A stretch of 31,524 nt of DNA. It comes from Candidatus Sericytochromatia bacterium (GTDB taxonomy: Bacteria; Cyanobacteriota; Sericytochromatia; S15B-MN24; JAQBPE01). A program made the position numbers and the translations under genes. Below, piece after piece: positions 28,105-31,524 of this stretch (the first letter of the stretch is position 1; the number at the start of each line of letters is the position of its first letter). Location: positions 1-31,524 of the forward strand of contig JBBAPZ010000028.1 in assembly GCA_040400605.1 (NCBI GenBank), read 5' to 3'. The notes beneath the pieces are model-generated. The model was not told the DNA's origin and made no database searches. It saw only the letters and a list, made by a program, of their open reading frames with translations.

Positions 28105-28169
28105 TCGTTTCTCGTCCCCGCACCGAGCGCTGAAACAGAAGGCGATCGCCTGGCGGCGAATGGGGTGCC

Positions 28170-28270
28170 TCAGCGATGAGGTACCTTGGCGTCTTGTCGA
28201 CGTAGTAACGCCTAATTTTGCGAATCTCACGAAAGGTCTGGATCCCGGTTGGGGGTTTCTTGCGCTGCAT
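28170..28270 (-). pseudogene. N-terminal remnant of an AAA-ATPase-like gene
   Basis: MQRKKPPTGIQTFREIRKIRRYYVDKTP matches the family start (LPIGIQTFxEIR...YYVDKT); the RPRRFGKS P-loop is missing. Confidence 0.8.
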
Positions 28271-29016
28271 GCCGCCTCCTTGCGGCGATCAAATGCACGC
28301 CACTCACACCGGACAAACAGTCTCGTGGGGCTCCCGCACGATGCGAAGCTGCAAGGGCGCATCGTGCCTCGCGCGTTCATCGGGCGGACAACCGTAAACC
28401 GCGTAATAAGGCGAATGAGCCAGTGACTGACTTCCATCCGCGATGCCAGGATGTTCATCGGCCGTCTGGTCCATTCCATCGGTGAAAATCCTGGCGCCCT
28501 CTGAAGCCATTCATCAAATTCACTGATTGTGTGCGCTAAACGGTCATTCGGTACGTCAGCATATAGCACCATCGCTTGGCTCCTATGGCGCCACGAGGCC
28601 ATTGTAGCGATGCAGCCTGATCAGTGAAACGGATGGTCCTTGTTCGGGTCTTTGTTCCACCCATCAGACTCACTGCTTGTTCGTTAAATGCTTGAATTAG
28701 CAGAGTGGTCCGTCACGGCCAACGCTGTTAAATCACCTCCGAGCGTTTGCTCAAAACAGCGCGACCGATCGGTTAATCAGATGGTTCCGGTTCCGTCTTG
28801 GTTCCATCCATCAATTTTCCTGATTGTTTGTTAACTTTCAGTAACATTCTGCGGCCGTTAGCGGCATCGTTGGTTCATTTTTCCCTCCGGTGTTGTCGCG
28901 GTACGCTGGTCTGAATCAGCAAAATTGATTGTTCCGTCTTGATTTTGAAAACAGGCCGAATTGGGTATGCAGCAGAAAGGCAAAGAAAATCAGGATTTGG
29001 TGCGGAGGGGCAATCA

Positions 29017-29576
29017 ATGGATGTTCGCCAAACTTTGAATGCGTTATTAGGCAATGTAACTAAGACTTGGAACAAGGTAACCCAGGCTGCACACGATTAT
29101 CGGCAGGGGCAGGCTGGAGTCCTTCCGCGAATGAAACCCGATGCGCTGTCCTTATCGGCTTAAGCCTCTAAGGAGTTAAAATTTGGATTTAAAGGACTTC
29201 GTTCTGAGGATAGGAAACCAGCCGAGGCTGTTGAGGCGCTAAAAAAATACCTGCCTCGACTCTCATTGGAATTTGGAGAAAAGGCTGAGCATAATGCGAT
29301 CAGGAAGTGGGAGTCGTTGGTATTGAGCGGATCCCGCAGCGGCCACCTGCCAAAAGATTTGATGCCTTTTGTTTTCGAGCCGTTGGAGAGAGCGATCCGT
29401 TGTCGTGGCCTTTCAGGAGCACCAGAGTCTGGAAACAAAATGGGGGGGGCGATTATAAGGAACTTCTTGATATCGCCAAGTATGCAGAGGCGCTTGGCAT
29501 GACGGGCATCCCAGAGATGGCGAGAAAACGGGCCGCGAGTGATACTGGGCCGCTTCGGTGTCGTGAGGGACAGTAA
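29017..29576 (+). pseudogene. Disrupted hypothetical gene
   Basis: GGAGG RBS and ATG 29017; TAA at 29161 with the frame continuing open; apparent frameshifts near a GA repeat (about 29387-29393) and G8 (29442-29449). Confidence 0.6.
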
Positions 29577-29717
29577 CCCAATGGGTGCTCAAGCCTGTCG
29601 CTGGACCTAAAATTGTTGCAGGCCCTCGGGTATCAGTCGTGACGTCGGCGGACGGCTTGGTGGCGGTCCGCTAGAAAGTGGTTTTGACGCAATTGCTTAA
29701 TCAGCATAGGCCCCTCG

Positions 29718-30140
29718 ATGACGATCCGCTATTATAATGACGTACGCGGGGTGAATCCTGACCAACTGAGGGGTTTTTTTGTGGGTTGGCCAGACCCACC
29801 ATCACCTGCCACCCACCTCAGGCTGTTGCTTGGAAGTTATCGCGCCGTATTGGCGTTTGATGAAACAACAGGACAGGTCGTTGGATTCATCACAGCCGTC
29901 AGTGACGGCATCCTTAGCGCCTATATTCCCTTGTTGGAGGTTTTGCCTGCTTATCAAGGGTCTGGAATTGGGCAAACGCTGGTTCAAATGATGCTTGATC
30001 AACTGCGGCATCTTTATATGGTTGATTTGACGTGTGATGCTGGTTTAAAACCGTATTACGAACGCTTCGGCATGACTGAAGGCCTTGCGATGCTGACTCG
30101 CCGTTATGGCTGTCAATCGGGCGAGATAACTGGACGTTAA
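29718..30140 (+). CDS. GNAT acetyltransferase
   Basis: VVGFITAVSDG, LEVLPAYQGSGIGQTLV, YYERFG. Confidence 0.93.
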   Translation: MTIRYYNDVRGVNPDQLRGFFVGWPDPPSPATHLRLLLGSYRAVLAFDETTGQVVGFITAVSDGILSAYIPLLEVLPAYQGSGIGQTLVQMMLDQLRHLYMVDLTCDAGLKPYYERFGMTEGLAMLTRRYGCQSGEITGR

Positions 30141-30289
30141 GGCACAAAGGCGTCTTGAAGCGCTAAACCGAAACGAACGGACGCTGTCCAACCCCTTTAT
30201 GGCTCATGCAGGAACAACAAGAAACTAGCCACTGGTGTTCAACATCAACCAAAAATCCAATCACCAATCGATGCTTTTCTGTATCAATC

Positions 30290-30433
30290 CACCTGAAGGC
30301 GGTGGACGAGCAGTTGCGCGGAGATCGGGACGAGCGAACCATCGGTATTTTGCTCTGCAAAACACGGGATCGCATGGTGGTGGAGTATGCCCTCAGCGAT
30401 ATTCACAAACCCACAGGTCCACTCCTGTCATGA
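30290..30433 (+). pseudogene. C-terminal remnant of a DUF1016/YhcG PD-(D/E)XK protein
   Basis: LKAVDEQLRGDRDERTIGILLCKTRDRMVVEYALSDIHKPTG. Confidence 0.8.
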
Positions 30434-30548
30434 GTTTTCCCCATTTACCATGTGGCTTAGCACACCAACACTGTACCCGGGAGACGTGGCAGGGGTGGGC
30501 CCCATTTGCTCAATCAATTAACCGCTCAAGTGGGCATCTTTTGGCCTG

Positions 30549-30842
30549 TCACAAACATGCAGCCATCGCCGGAATCAAAATGACTGGCCGGTTGAGTACC
30601 TCGATACGTGATTCGGCTTTTGATGTGAGAGCCAGCGCGCAGCCCAGCGTTACGTACTCGAAAGTTGAGTCAGAGCCGGAACCACCTGCCCTCACCCACT
30701 CACTCGCTGCTGGTAACTGCAGGATTTCTGCGCCGACCCAGCCAACGAGCATTGCCCAGATTGTCCCGAAGCCAAGGAGGGCAGGGGCGAGTTTTACCAC
30801 CACGTAAACAGCAACCAATCGTATCCCGATTCGTGCAAGCAT
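30549..30842 (-). CDS. Possible small membrane protein or fragment
   Basis: Hydrophobic 97-aa ORF; family not recognised. Confidence 0.25.
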   Translation of the reverse strand: MLARIGIRLVAVYVVVKLAPALLGFGTIWAMLVGWVGAEILQLPAASEWVRAGGSGSDSTFEYVTLGCALALTSKAESRIEVLNRPVILIPAMAACL

Positions 30843-30982
30843 GGCTAAGCGCTGAGTCTCCCTCGGGATAGGCGGTTTCGCCAGTCAGCGTGCAGGCTTC
30901 CAATGAAGCAACACTGAACATGACCGGTGCGCCTGACAATCATGCAAACCACATACGATCGTAACAAGCGACAGCGTTATCG

Positions 30983-31524
30983 TTAGCCCTCAGCCACCTC
31001 AAAGCCCACCAGGTTGCGCGCCTCTCGGCTGAATTCGATGCCAACCAAGGTGATGCCAACCCCCGGTGCGCGGTATTTCTCGGCATAGCCGCGTTCCTTC
31101 AACTGGGCCAGGGCCCGACCGTCCGGCACCTGCTCCACCACCTTGAACTCGAAGAGATACACACGGCTGGCAATCGGAGGGGCTGATTCTGCCGATGCCG
31201 AAGATGGCGACGCGCGATCATCCACACGCACAGCCAAGTCGATGCGGCCCTTGTTCGTGGCGTCTTCCACCCGCGGGGCCAGGCCCAGCGCCGTCAGATA
31301 GCTGTAAAAGATACTGACATAATGTCCCTCGTAACCCGCCAACGGGCTCTTCCGGTACCAGTCGTTCGGAATGCTGGCGTACAGGGTGTGCAAAGCGGCC
31401 TGCACGCCCGGCATATCCCCCGCTTCCAAAGCGTCCTGAATGGGGTCTCGCGTTTGCACCATCACCTGCGCCACCGGGCCCAGTTGCGGCAAAAAAGCCT
31501 CGTTTAGCGCGATTTCAACTTCCG
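30983..31524 (-). CDS. AAA-ATPase-like / PD-(D/E)XK nuclease protein, 3' part (5' end outside window)
   Basis: ASIP, YEGHY, EDATNKGRIDL, YLFEFK, ALAQLKERGYAEKY, VGIEFS; frame open to the window edge. Confidence 0.9.
   Translation of the reverse strand, partial: EVEIALNEAFLPQLGPVAQVMVQTRDPIQDALEAGDMPGVQAALHTLYASIPNDWYRKSPLAGYEGHYVSIFYSYLTALGLAPRVEDATNKGRIDLAVRVDDRASPSSASAESAPPIASRVYLFEFKVVEQVPDGRALAQLKERGYAEKYRAPGVGITLVGIEFSREARNLVGFEVAEG

Noticed and set aside
28300..28900. Possible decayed gene
   Set aside because: Protein-like patches only; cannot be assigned without a search.

Overview
Bacterial chromosomal window with no rRNA, CRISPR array or intact mobile element. An RpaB-like regulator, a cyanobacterial-type GlpX lacking the redox cysteines, and no photosynthesis genes in the window suggest (inference) a non-photosynthetic relative of Cyanobacteria such as Sericytochromatia. 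The left half (1-16 kb) is mostly envelope and housekeeping: degenerate OmpA-like protein, pentapeptide-repeat protein, metallophosphoesterase, sensor kinase, Cys-rich beta-barrel protein, EF-hand protein, tRNA-Cys/tRNA-Val, desaturase, nnr, glpX, LolC/E-type permease, and a lipoprotein-barrel-rpaB-cutA operon. The right half is accessory: permuted papain-like protein, DUF6671-like protein, two large lipoproteins sharing an L(I/V)SNNxGGL-repeat N-terminal module with different NHL propellers, hydrolase and EF-hand lipoproteins, GNAT, a partial AAA-ATPase/PD-(D/E)XK gene and many decayed fragments. Most notable: (1) the modular ISNN lipoprotein family with three orphan C-terminal fragments; (2) an unnamed dispersed element in three copies with self-complementary ends; (3) a Cys-cluster/beta-barrel fusion behind a structured, terminator-ended leader. 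All family calls are from recalled motifs, not database searches.
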